Assembly: GCA_951406725.2 (NCBI GenBank)
Contig: OX597814.1
Coordinates: 150,164,001 to 150,228,000 of the forward strand
Reading direction: 5' to 3'
From: Octopus vulgaris
Taxonomy: Eukaryota
Length of the DNA stretch: 64,000 nt
A program made the position numbers and the translations under genes. The stretch's first letter is position 1. Each line of letters begins with the position of its first letter. Shown piece after piece: positions 51,472 to 63,595 of the stretch. The notes below the pieces were generated by a model that saw nothing but the letters and a program-made list of their open reading frames with translations, did not search any database and was not told the DNA's origin.

Positions 51472-52245
51472 CGGGTGGTGTTGTTCATCCCCCACCACTG
51501 CTTGACAACCGGTGTTGGTGTGCTTCTGTCCCAGTAACTCAGTTGTTCGACAAAAGAGGTCGGTAGCATAAGTGCCAGGCTTAAAAAATAAGTACCTGTG
51601 TTGATGCTTTGGACAAAAATTCTTCAAGGCAGAATTAAATAACCGAAACAATAAAAGATAAAAGGTAAAATCGTAGAGCGAAAATAACTTTAACTCATAC
51701 TGGTCTTATTTGAATGTCTTTTGCTCTCAAATACTCATTCATGAATTTAATTTTTCCCGCAAAGTAAACACAAATAATTGTTTATGAATAACGAATAGAA
51801 TAATGTCATATTTTAAATAATTTGTTAAATATTGATCATAGTTTCGTTTTTTTATTTTGGTTTTTGATTATTCATTTGCAAATCTTAAAAACCATAACTA
51901 AAAAAAATAGTCATAATGAACTATCTTGTATTTTTAATTACAAAATTGTTCACAGTTTTATCTTAATTCTTGCTGCTCAGTGTGCCTTTAGTTAATTCCT
52001 GCTTGACTAAGCCAAGCACGCACAAGTAAACTTATTCAATGCTGTGTAGATATAAAACTTGCAGATCATAGTGATCTGTGAATGAAAGATTCAGTACCTG
52101 CAACTGATGAAACATAACGGCGGAGAAACAAGTGTCCTACAATCTGTCAACGTCATTCACAGCTCAGCTCTGTGTGTTTACACACACGCACACACACACA
52201 CACATACACACACACATACATCCACACACACAAACACACACACGC

Positions 52246-52286
<41 letters not shown>

Positions 52287-52404
52287 ATCAGGACAATTGG
52301 ATAATTTCTCTTCCGTGATAGTTAAAGCAACAAAGATCTTTCCAGTTTTGAGTATAAACGTGCAAGTTAAATATAACTTTACGGAAAATCAAAACTCTAT
52401 TAAT

Positions 52405-52596
52405 AATAGTTTCAAATTTTAGTGCAAGGAAGTAATTTTAAAGAAGGTAATAAGTCGATTACATCGACCCCAGTGTACAGTTGATACTTATTTAATCGAC
52501 CCTAAAAGGATGAAAGGCAAAATTAAGCACAACAGAATTTGAAATGTCGCTTAGCATTATGTCTGAATCTTTAACGACTCTACCGGCTCGTCGCCT
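52405..52596 (-). mobile_element. SINE family B, old deleted copy
   Basis: aagtcgattacatcgaccccagtg...aaaggatgaaaggcaaa. Confidence 0.7.
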
Positions 52597-52988
52597 TCAA
52601 AACTTTACAAATAATAAATCTACATAACAAGCAAGAATAGTATTAGTAAAAGCGTTGACAATAAAAGTTGAAGTAATAAGGCAAAACATTATTACCTTTA
52701 ATTTAAATCAGTAATATTCATCCAAAAAGTTATATAAGTAGATCTAAAAGAAGCAAATTTTGAGCAGTTAATTTTGGTGCCTCATCAGTCGTATTTCGGT
52801 TAAATCAGAAAACAATGCCTCAATCATACTCTGATCAACCAAAGATTTTTAAAAAGAATATATTTAAAATATAGATATTGTACACAATTTAAATAGTTTA
52901 TCGAAGACAAGTGCGGACTCGTGTAAAAAGCTGGTACCTCTTTGACATTACCGCCTCCTTGTAAGCTGAAAACGCTTCAAGGGGAGCT

Positions 52989-53290
52989 TGTTTGTTCCTT
53001 CTCGAGCCATGCCTGGCTCATAAGAGCCGGTTCTCCGGGTTCCTTAGCGTATAGGTTCCCCACCTGTACGGGACGCCGGTCCGTCGCAGGTGAGCTGCTA
53101 GATGCAGGAGAAAAGAGTGAGAGAAAGTTGTGGCGAAAGAGTTAGCAGAAGTTCGCCATTACCTTCTGCCGGAGCCGCGTGGAGCTTAGGTGTTTCGCTC
53201 ATAAACACACACATCGCCCGGTCTGAGATTCGAACCCGTGATCCCTCGACCTCGAGTCCGCTGATCTAACCACTAGGCCATGTGTCTCCA
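52989..53290 (-). mobile_element. tRNA-headed SINE (family C head, different V-SINE-like 3' body)
   Basis: Perfect 14-bp TSD cttcaaggggagct (52975-52988, 53291-53304); head tggcctagtggttag...gggttcgaatc. Confidence 0.9.
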
Positions 53291-53469
53291 CTTCAAGGGG
53301 AGCTACAGAATCTTTAATCTATAGCTTGTAAATTATGGAGCAACGTGACTTCTCCAAGAATCCAAGTTTAGCTGTACAGTGATTCAAGCCGGTTGGTATA
53401 TTGCATATCGTTGCTTCAATAATAATGGCTGTAAAGCCTTCAGTATATTTCAGCTCGAAAATTCATAAT

Positions 53470-53790
53470 GATTAGCAGACACCCATTTAGCGCCAATGAT
53501 TACGGATACAAATGTAAATATTTAATGTGCTTAGAGAAGCAGTTGTTTACGAAGCAACTGTCCATAAATGTTCTCCTTCACCTAGATTTTGAAAGAAATG
53601 TTCTCCTCTGTTCGGATACCTGGCCTCTTTACCAGTATATGGTTTTTGTCTTGTTTTCCAAATACTATATCAGGCCTGATGTGTTTGGATTTTGCGGAAG
53701 TTTTGATGGGAATGTTGCAACAATATTCCTTGTATTGGAACAGATGGTTGTATTCAACATCAAGAATATTTTCTATATTTGTCTAAGGGT
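53470..53790 (-). mobile_element. R4/Dong-like LINE remnant, restriction-like endonuclease domain
   Basis: Minus strand reads KEYCCNIPIKTSAKSKHIRPDIVF...KENIYGQL..., then VIIGA after frameshifts. Confidence 0.65.
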
Positions 53791-54507
53791 AATCTGCAGA
53801 TGACATTGTATATTGTCTTTTGCGACAACGTCTTGCTACATGCAATATCGCGTGGTATAATCGACATTTTCCGTCTCACGTCATAGATTTAAGCATCTCA
53901 CAGTTTTTCTCCTTCAACAGTTATTTTGTCAATATCTCCTGCTTTTGCATTGGAAAAGTATAGCATTCACAGTGTGAAGTGATGTAACAGTGATCAAACC
54001 ATGACACTACTCGCTAGTTCTTGGGAAACAGTTTATGCATAGACTTTTGTTGCTATGCAGACATTTCTTAATATTTAGTTGTTGTTTAGCCCCAGGTCAA
54101 TTCTGATTGAGTAGCTCTATGATCAAAAACCTTCAAGAAATGAATATTGCGCATTTTTAGAGCATTCAAGATTACAATATCTCATATTTCCTCTGTTAGA
54201 ACAATAACGTGTGAATGAAGGGAAATTTACCTACTCTTCCTAGCAAGTCGAGTGAACATGCGAAGCAGTCGTAACCGATATCTTAATTTCCATACACCAT
54301 TTTTTCACGAATAAGTTCAAATACACCGCACAAGTCTTGTATTTAACATTCAGTTAACACAAATTCTGCTAAAAATATCTTTATCACATGATATGATTTA
54401 ATATGAAAAATAACTAATGGAACATTGCTTAACCTTTTTGATAAATTAATAGAGAAGTCTTCTAATATGAGTCAGTCAGTTGTAACTTGTTTTTCTTTTC
54501 ACGAAAG

Positions 54508-54584
<77 letters not shown>

Positions 54585-54591
54585 ATATCTA

Positions 54592-54627
<36 letters not shown>

Positions 54628-55547
54628 CATTTGTACATCGTCTCAAAATGATGGATATAACTCGGAGCAAATTTCTTACTTTAGAAAAATGTTCATAAGG
54701 CAATGTTTGTCAGAAATTACATTCTGCAGCATTTGGAACAGATGGAAGCATATCAAATTTCATTTCCTACAGTAATTGAAGTCAATCATTTCCATTTATA
54801 CGCTATTAGACATTTTCGTGAATGTTTTTAGTTTATGATGTGAAATGGATTTATAAATGATATGTAATGTGTTTTAGAACATCCACGAAAAAAAACAAAA
54901 ATCTTTCAAATGACTTTTGCAATATAACCTGATTGTCTTTTCAACAAATTTCATAAACTTGCTATTGTCCTCAACACATTGATTATGCTATTTGAAATGG
55001 AGAAACTAATTAGAATCTTAATTTTCTTTGTGAGAACTGAATAGTTTTAATTTGAATAAATGCATTGATATCATTTACTAAGCTAGGAAGCATTTTCTTC
55101 TTACTGCGGAGTTTGAAATTTAGATAATTGGTTACATTAATTAAGATGCTATATAAAACAAGCAATTATTATCACATAAAGGTTACAGTGTTTTTAGTTT
55201 CTCTCATTTACTTTGAACCTCTCTTTCAGAAAGTCACAGCATCTCGTTTTGGGAGACAAATCTAAATTTAGCATGTCTATCATTTCGCAATCTTCTTTGA
55301 ATTCTGGTCAGTTTAATGTTCTTATTTTATTCCCCCAACATTAACATGCTTAGAGTTCAAAATTCTCCCCAACAGCGACTCTTGGAGTATATTGCAGTGA
55401 TATTTTAGTAGGGAGCGGCCGCAAAAGTTTAAGCGAAGTTGTAGTTTCCTGCCAATTATCGACGGACCCCTCTCATTATAAATATAGATGAGTTTACAGA
55501 AAGTTACTCATATATTTTCCAAATCCCACTTCCCGTTTTTTCAAATA

Positions 55548-56418
55548 GAAGGAGGTACCCAAAAGAAACCGGAACTTTGCAATATTATTTTACTTACTTT
55601 GTTTTACACGTTTACCCTTTTATCGCCTTCAAATAATTCTCCATTTAAAGCAATGCATAGGCCCAGACGCATTTCCCACTGTTCGAAGCAGTCCTGGAAC
55701 TCTTGCGAAGTAATGCCCTTTAGCTCTGTCATTTTTTCTTCATCTCTTCCACATCAAGAAATTCTTTAGCACCAGCTTTCGTCACCAGTGATGATCTTCG
55801 GAAAAAGGCCCAGATCACCTTCTATTTGTTCTTTCAGTTCATGACATGCATTCAGTTGTGACTGCTTTTGAAATTCCGTGAGCAACTCTTTTCGTTCGCA
55901 ATTCTTTCTCTCAAAATTCGTTGGCAGCAGCCCCAGGACACACCAGTCATACCAACAAGTTCGGCAATTGGTCGGTGATGGTCCTCCAAGATCAATTCAT
56001 GAATTTTCATGATATTTTCATTCGTTCGGGAGGTCGACGGTCACTCTGAACGAGGTTGGTCTTAAAGTGACAAGTGACCATTCGTAAAGCGTGAAACCCA
56101 CTTGTAAACTTGTGTTTTGCCCGTCCTTGTAAGTTGTTCGAAGTATGACAACTATTTCGGCCGACGTTTTCCCGGCAGATAACAGAATTTCCCGGAAGTA
56201 TGTTGTTTCTTCGTTTCAGCCATCGCAAAAGTCAACGAATAGGAGAGAAGCACGGCAAAACAATAGCGCACGACGTGGTAGTAGAACCCTGCCCGACGAC
56301 GTCGGTCCGCAGACCGATGTCTAAGGGTCGCGTCCAGTGACTTCTGGTGGTGGAAGAGTGAACTACAACTTTCTTGTCTCACAGAGAAGGTTTCCAGTTA
56401 CTTTTGACTACCTCCTCG
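55548..56418 (-). mobile_element. Internally deleted mariner element
   Basis: TA flanks; TIRs gaaggaggtacccaaaagaaaccggaa / ttccagttacttttgactacctcctcg; minus-strand PKIITGDESWC (mariner TGDETW motif). Confidence 0.85.
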
Positions 56419-56611
56419 TATATATGATCATCTTGCCTGTAAAGTTATTCAAAACTAACAAGTTGTCCAATTTTTTAAAACTGCCATCATTTCAGTTAAT
56501 AAAAATGCTTAACAGTGTGATATGTTGCTACATTCTTTTGGTGCATCTTGTCATTCTTTGCTTCAGCAGCAGAAGTTTGTCTACTTTTGCTTCAATATTT
56601 TATTACCTTTA

Positions 56612-58335
56612 GGCGGCGAGTTGGCAGAAACGTTAGCACGCCACTCGGTGTTTGTGTTGTTAATATTCGGCTGTGCTAAATAAGGTGAGATTGTTAATAT
56701 TAAATTTGTTATATTATTAGAACTGTTAACATTGCTATTTGCTTGTTAAAAGCATTGTTGTTACTAATTCCCACACGGCGCTGGGAATTATATGAATTGA
56801 TTTGAATTGTTTTGAAAACGAAATCTTTTTGGGGCAATAAGCCTGTAGGAAAAAAATTGTTTTTATTGGCGTGTTTGCTACAATGGATTTCAATAAAGAA
56901 TACCCGTGTTTGTCACCAGTATCACCAACCTCACGAATCTTATCTCCGGTGGTATCGCTGAAAAAAAAAAGAAGAAATGATTCAAAGGGAATTTATGAAT
57001 CTAAAAAGGGACATTGACGTTCCAAGTATAAAAAATAGAGAGTCAAGTGCGGCTCCAACAGGAAAAAATGTTTTGCTTAGGCAACAGGAGGAAAAATAAG
57101 ACAAATTACGACAGAGGAAAGCAAATTGCTGAAATATAAAAATAAGACACAAAAGTGGAAGTAATTCCACCAAAAGAATTAATGAAGGCTGAGAAAAGAA
57201 AAGTAACTATATATAAAACTTTTAATGCTAAATCCAAGAAAATAGATAAAGTAAAGGAGGAAGCAGTAGAAAAATGTTTAAAGAACATTTGGAAAGATAT
57301 TGAATACATCACAAGAGAAAGAAGGTTCGGCACTGGATGTTCGATTGGTGAGCGAGGAGAAAGCTCAAATTCATTCAATAGAATCATTGAGAACAAACGA
57401 GGTAATTCCCATGTATATGGGGAGGAGAACCTCCCAAGGAAGAATAACTAGAATCCCACCAGAAATGGATGCAGCCCGGTTGGTGGCGGCTATGACGATG
57501 GACTTGGAGGGAAAAAATCACACTTCTCCAAGCCACCGTCACGGAAAAACAAGATTGGCGAGGCCAAACACTAAACATATTAATCCAGACGGAACTTCAG
57601 ACGCTGGAAGAAATTCCAGAGACCATTGAGATAGGGGAGGAAGACCTTGTAGTATTTATAGAGGGCAGAAAACTGACCCACCTGATTTCCTGACGAAAGA
57701 AGGTAAGAATTGTTTTCTCATAGTAGTTGCAATCGCGAAAGAAGCGGTATGGAAGACGAGAATGAAAGGAGTAATGACAGACAGCTTCATCACTGGCCTC
57801 GACCTACAAAGATATTTCGCTTTTCATTTGAAAAGGAATGTGAGGCTGGAAAGAAGATGCCTGTCAGAGAAAATGCTTAATGATAGATGGAAGTATGTGG
57901 TACAAATATGACAAAGGTCTACCACCGATATCAGTAGGGGATTGGGGCTCGTGGGGCCAGGAGCTTAACCATCACTCCATCTGTTTTGTCTTTTGTTGTG
58001 TTTATCATTCGTATTTATATTTTGTATTGAATTTTTAATATTACCTTAATGTTATACTATTTGTTTGTATCTGACCTCAAAATCAGATTATGTTGTCCCC
58101 TCTATGTTGGCCCCAAGTGGACAATAAAAAATCGAGAAACATTAGCACGCCGGGCGAAAAGCTTAGTGGCATTTCGTCCGTATTTACGTTCTGAGTTCAA
58201 ATTCCGCCGTGATCGACTTTGCTTTTCCTTCTTTCAGAGTTAATACAATAAGTAACAGTTGAGCACTGGGATCGATGAAACTGACTTTCCCCTCTACCGA
58301 ACCTACTGGCTCTTGTGCTAAAATATGAAACAAAT
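56612..58335 (+). mobile_element. SINE family B copy split by a Tx1-like LINE
   Basis: Head at 56612-56642; body resumes at 58135 and ends in the ancestral tail. Confidence 0.85.
56643..58134 (+). mobile_element. Internally deleted Tx1/L1-like LINE (5' UTR, ORF1-like remnant, ORF2 C-terminus, 3' UTR)
   Basis: 17-bp TSD agaaac(g/a)ttagcacgcc. KEGKNCFLIVVAIAKEAVWKTRMKG...FHLKRNVRLERRCLS (57697-57870) is homologous to the C-terminus of the RT-bearing copy at 62300-62500. Confidence 0.8.
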
Positions 58336-58359
58336 AGGCGCAAGCAATGCCGTGTGGAT

Positions 58360-58722
58360 AGGCGCAGGCTTGGCTGTTTTGTAAAGATCTTGCTTCCAAA
58401 CCACATGGTTCCGAGTTCAGTCCCACTGCATGGAACCTTGGGCAAGTATTTTCTACTATAGCCTCGGGATGATTAAACCCTTGTGAGTGGATTTGATAGA
58501 GGGAAACTGAAGGAAGCTCCTATCTGTATTTGTTCCCCTAGCATTGCTTGACAACCGATGTTGGTGTGTTTATGTTCCCGTGACTTAGCGGTTCGAAAAA
58601 AGAGACCGATAGAATAAGTACCAGGTTTACAAAGAGTAAGTCCTACGATAAATTTCTTCGACTAAAACGCGGTGCTCCAGCATGTCCACAGTCAAACTGA
58701 CCGAAACAAGTAAAAGAATAAA
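58360..58722 (+). mobile_element. SINE family A, full length
   Basis: ggcgcaggcttggctg...gagttcagtcccactgc...ccgaaacaagtaaaagaataaaa. Confidence 0.85.
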
Positions 58723-60236
58723 ATAATAAATATTTTACCACCTTGATATGCTGGGACAGAAGGTCAAAATGCTTTTCAATGGGGCAAAATTATCCGTCCT
58801 TTGAACCAGCACTGAAAGATTCCCAAATGGTGCTTCTTTCATCACCAAACTGCCGCATCTTTTACTGAATATATATTTTTTCTTTTCTTTTCTCTTTTTC
58901 TTAATCACGTATTCTTTACACAACTGAAACCGAAGCACTGGCTTCAGTTTTCCCTCTATTTTCATCTGTGTTATGAAGTGTCCTTTAAGGACTTCTTTTA
59001 CGTGAGAAATTTATTCACAAACACTTCACATTTGTTTCCTTCAAAGATTCGCTATTATGAAGAATTCATTTGTCTAATTTTCATTGAATTCAAAATTATT
59101 ATTTCCCTCTACTTTTCTTTTACTTGATTAATTATTTATTCATTTATTTATTATTTTGCCTTGTGATGGTTAAAGTGAAAACAAGGCTATATTTTCGAAA
59201 AAAGTATAACCCCACAAATGCAAACCCACAAAGCAAAACACTGTAGCGTAAGTTTGTCAACCGTAAATTGAGGAGCAAAAATCTGCTACTGACCGGCGCT
59301 GACTGCCATCCAGGAATCAATTAACTGTTAAATATCTATTGAACAATAATGAAATTCTATGCAATGCACGAATTATGATAATCCGATTGACCAATTTTGC
59401 AGCAAGTGCAATAGGTTAGCCATCACTTCTGTAGAAGCTTCTACATCAGTTCCCTATGCCGACTGTTTATTATCTAGGATTACGTCCCATGTAAATTTGT
59501 TCATAAAGTTTGCTATCACTTGAAATATCTGACCTATAAGAAGTTTTCTTCACTTTTGAGCATTTGTTCAAGGGATTTGATTTTACTACCGATTTACTGT
59601 TTTGAGACGCAACATGACATTCAAAAGCTGTCAAAAGCTGAATATTCTTCCAAAGACTTTACTTTCGAGATAAAAGCAAACCATATTTCTAGGAAACCAG
59701 GGTTTATTAACAATGAGAAAATTTCTTCTATAGTCCAGTCACGTATCCTCGATGTTGTTACTAGTACTAATACTGAAATAAATTATAGAATATTTTCTTG
59801 TTACAGGAAAGCTCTGACAGTGACATTTTTAATGCTCTCGTGTAATGTTATTTAAAGTCTACTTCTATTCTCAACACCCTCACATAGCTTTTCGTCAATA
59901 TTTGAATATTGTAATACTCAGCATGTGGAACAGGGAACATAGAGGAACTATAGATTTTTGGTTTAGGAAGTAGTTTCCTCATGTTTAACAGTCAAGTATG
60001 AAGATTTCTTTTGGCCAAATTCCATGCAATATCAGCTGTAAATGTTGTAACGCTCATCTGGTTCTCAGCATTGTAAATATTATTTCCGGTGTAGATCTTT
60101 CAATCGTCAACAAAACATGCCACCACCCATATACATATGTGTGTGAGTGTGAATGTATGTTTATATATATGTACATATACCCACACATACATATTTTCGT
60201 TTATCTGTTATCTGTCTATGTGTAATGTGTCTATAA

Positions 60237-60288
<52 letters not shown>

Positions 60289-60330
60289 AAACAAAGTTAT
60301 TTTATTCTACACGAGTAGAAATATAGCAAA

Positions 60331-61196
60331 AAGAAGTTGAAAATGCACAGGGTTTCATTTAGATTTAAAAAAAAAATCTTTAAGACTTATACGCAAGTCG
60401 GCGAGGCTCGCTCTGGACACCCTAATTTTTTCACAAACACTCGGCGAAGAGCACCCACGGGGGAACCGAGCGGGCCAAAACGACCGGGAAATGGATTCGC
60501 TACCGCAAAGTAGACGGCGATTCCCGACAACACCTCATTCGTGATTCCTGATCGATCCGCGCAACGGCAGCGTAGCGAATCCGCGACACCGCGTGAGCGT
60601 GAAACCGGACGAGTGAAGACAGGGCAGGACGGCCGATGCGCCAGCGATGCGCGCAGAGCAGCGCTGTACGACCGTGCACGCACCAGCTAATAGGGCCGGG
60701 AATACGAACGGACGACTGAAGCAGATGCATGCGCCCGCGACAGCACCGTCACTCTGAACTTGCTGGGGCATATTTTCGAGATCCGAATTCCAACAGCGAG
60801 CTTTTCAAACGCAACAGTTTTACTATATGCTACCGGTGCTGAAATTAACACGGCTGCTGGCACTAGACCTGCCCTCCGGCCGATCCTCGTTAACGGATTT
60901 GGAGTGTTTTCATACCGATTGCGGAGACTCGACAGAATCCCGCGTCATTAATTTTCGTTACTACCTTCCCGTGGCTGGAGTGGATAACTTGCACGTCTGC
61001 TGCCTTCATTGGATGTTGTAACCGTTTCGCATGTTCCCTCTCCGGAAATGAACCCTGATTCCCCGTTACCCGTTTCCACCACGATCGGCGCTTACCGGGT
61101 CGTCGACAGTTGATAGGGCGGAATCACGGCTTGCATACAAGTCTTTAAAAAATTTTTAATAAATCTAAACGAACCCCAGTCCATTTTCAACTTCTT
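60331..61196. repeat. 67-bp inverted repeats flanking the 18S fragment
   Basis: 60331-60397 against the reverse complement of 61130-61196 gives 55/67 identity without gaps (hand count). Confidence 0.85.
60398..61123 (-). rRNA. Degenerate 18S rRNA fragment (pseudogene) spanning V3-V4
   Basis: Minus strand contains ccctatcaactgtcga, ggtaacggggaatcagggttc, ttccggagaggga, gaaggcagcag, gtgccagcagccg and gaaaaaattagggtg (18S landmarks, with substitutions), plus a long GC-rich V4. Confidence 0.9.
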
Positions 61197-61217
61197 ATAT
61201 ATATATGTGTGTGTGTG

Positions 61218-62770
61218 TGCGGTCCTCGGGGAGGCCGGATTTGGCCCGACTTTCCGCGGTTGGATTGTTGCTTTGCACAACAATATCTTCCGAGTGAATG
61301 TTTTATTTTTATCAAAACCGTTCAAGATTGAACGCTCAGTACGCCAGGGATGTTCGCTGTTACTGCTTGTGTATGTATTGGCTCTTGAACCATTGCTGCG
61401 GAAGTTGGAGGTGTTAGGGGGCGTGCCGAATGATCTGTGGTGTGGAAGAGGAGCTATTGCGTATGCGGATGACATCTCCATCACCGTGCCTGAAGAAGGG
61501 CAGCTTCCTTATGTGGAAAACGCCATCAAAGGATACGAGGCGGTTGCAGGAGCAAAGGTTAACCAGGACAAGTCGGTTAGCTTGCAACTCGGCACCTGGA
61601 GGGGCAAGTCGATGTCATCCAATAACAACGTGGGGCGTTGGACAGAGGGTCCGTATAAGATGCTAGAGGTCTGGTTCAGTACAGACCTCCAGATAGAGAA
61701 GAATTGGAGCGAGGTCATGGGCAGAATGACTGCCCTAACCCAGACCTGGTCTGGGCGGGTGTTATCCTTGCTAGGGAGGGTAGTGGTGTGCAGATGTTCA
61801 TAGCATCTGCTATCACCTACTGCCTGACTGTTGTGCCTTGCCCCGATTTGTGACCGAACAAGTAGGAAAGAATCCTTTTCCAATTTTTTGTGGAAGGGAG
61901 GAAAGTCACTTGTGAAGCGCCCTGTCTGCTGCCAAAAATCGCAAAAGGAGTTCCACTGCGGATTTCTATTGCGTGTTAGTGGAATTTATGTCAGACGATG
62001 TCCTGGGGGAGACGTTGGGCTTCGATGGATATCAGTTGATCAACCCGTTCAGGAGAACTTTCAGGCCGGGGCTATCTGGATAATTACCAGAAATCCCTGG
62101 CTTGGCAGTGATACCGTTCGGCTTTGCCTATTCAAGAGGTGCGGGCGGGACAGAGAAACTGTCTTGCACGCCTTCATGGAGTGTCCGGAATTATTGGGAC
62201 TGATAGCTTTTGTCGATCAACTGCTGTCAACGATGGGAAGAGTACAGCTATCGGCTGAGTTTATTATCAAGTTTGTGTCACCCGCTTCCCGTAACGGGGA
62301 AAGGAAGGCTTGTTTTTTGTGCATAGTAGCCATACTGAAAGAAACAGTATGGAAGACGCGTGTTAATGGTATAGTGACAGGTACCTTCGTCTCCGGCCAG
62401 GGGTTGGTTAACTTCATTTGTTACCACCTCGGCAGCAAGATCAGACTAGAGAAGAGATACCTGTCACAGGATGTGTTCGCGAAAAGAGGGAAGCAAGTAG
62501 TGAACAAGCTGTGAGTGACTGGAAGCAGGTAAGTGGAGCCAGAAGGAAAAGTAAAGGTTCGAACCTGGCGGTTGAATGCCTTTCCTTCAGTCACACGTTG
62601 CAAAATTTGCAATGATCAAGCTTATATTGAAATTTTTAAAAGGAAAAAAAAAAAAAAGATATAATTTTTAACAGCATGACATTTGTATTTTATCATTCGA
62701 AACTTTTTCCTTCGTAATAAGCAAATTCTTCCCCTCTACATTTGTCTGTCCTTGTTTGTCCCATCTATGT
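61218..62770 (+). mobile_element. 5'-truncated Tx1/L1-clade LINE (RT, C-terminal zinc knuckle, 3' UTR)
   Basis: SVRQGCSL...YVLALEPLLRKL, AYADDI, GAKVNQDKS, RCGRDRETVLHAFMECP; frameshifts and deletions present. Confidence 0.9.
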
Positions 62771-62814
62771 ACGGTTTCCATAGCCAAATTACGAAATAAT
62801 GAAGCTCCTTTCCT

Positions 62815-63595
62815 AACCATATGGTTGTGGGCACCTTGGGCAAGCGTCTTCCACTATAGCTTCGGACCAGATCCTTTTGAGTGGATTTGCTAGACGGAAA
62901 CTGAAAAAAGCCCGTCGTACAATATATATGTATGTATATATATATATATACTCTTTTACTCTTTTACTTGTTTCAGTCATTTGACTGCGGCTATGCTGGA
63001 GCACCGCCTTTAGTCGAGCAAATCGACCCCGGGACTTATTCTTTGTAAGCCCAGTACTTATTCTATCAGTCTCTTTTGCCGAACCGCTAAGTTACGGGGA
63101 CGTAAACACACCAGCATCAGTTGTCAAGCAATGCTAGGGGGACAAACACAGACACACAAACACACACACATACATATATATATATACATATATACGACAG
63201 GTTTCTTTCAGTTTCCGTCTACCAAATCCACTTACAAGGCATTGGTCGGCCCGGGGCTATAGCAGAAGACACTTGCCTAAGATGCCACGCAGTGGGACTG
63301 AACCCGGAACCATGTGGTTGTTTAGCAAGCTACTTACCACACAGCCACTCCTACATAAATATATATACATATATATATTGGGTGTTTTTGTGTCTGTGCT
63401 TGCTCCTCCACCACCGCTTGACAACTGGGTGTTAGTGTGTTTACGTCCCCGTAAACTAGCAATTTGGTAAAAGATACCGCTAGAAGAAGTGCTGGGTTCA
63501 AAAGGTGTGTACTGGGGTCTATTCGTTCGACCAAACAATTCTTCAAGGCGGTGCTCCAGCATGGCTTCAGTCTAACGGTTGAAACAAGTAAAAGA
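62815..63595 (+). mobile_element. Older SINE family A split at its (TA)n by a younger inverted A copy
   Basis: 5' half 62815-62930, 3' half ~63370-63595. Confidence 0.8.
62951..63353 (-). mobile_element. SINE family A, full length, nested
   Basis: Near-identical to 37840-38243. Confidence 0.9.

Larger units (their letters stand above)
49889..51668 (+). mobile_element. SINE family A split at its internal (TA)n by a PLE cassette
   Basis: The 5' half (49889-50050) ends gaaagaagcctgttata; the 3' half resumes ~51459 with ccaccactgcttgacaaccggtgttgg. Confidence 0.8.

Noticed and set aside
60387-61021. GC-rich ORFs suggesting a horizontally acquired gene or contamination
   Set aside because: The region is explained by 18S rRNA landmarks on the minus strand.
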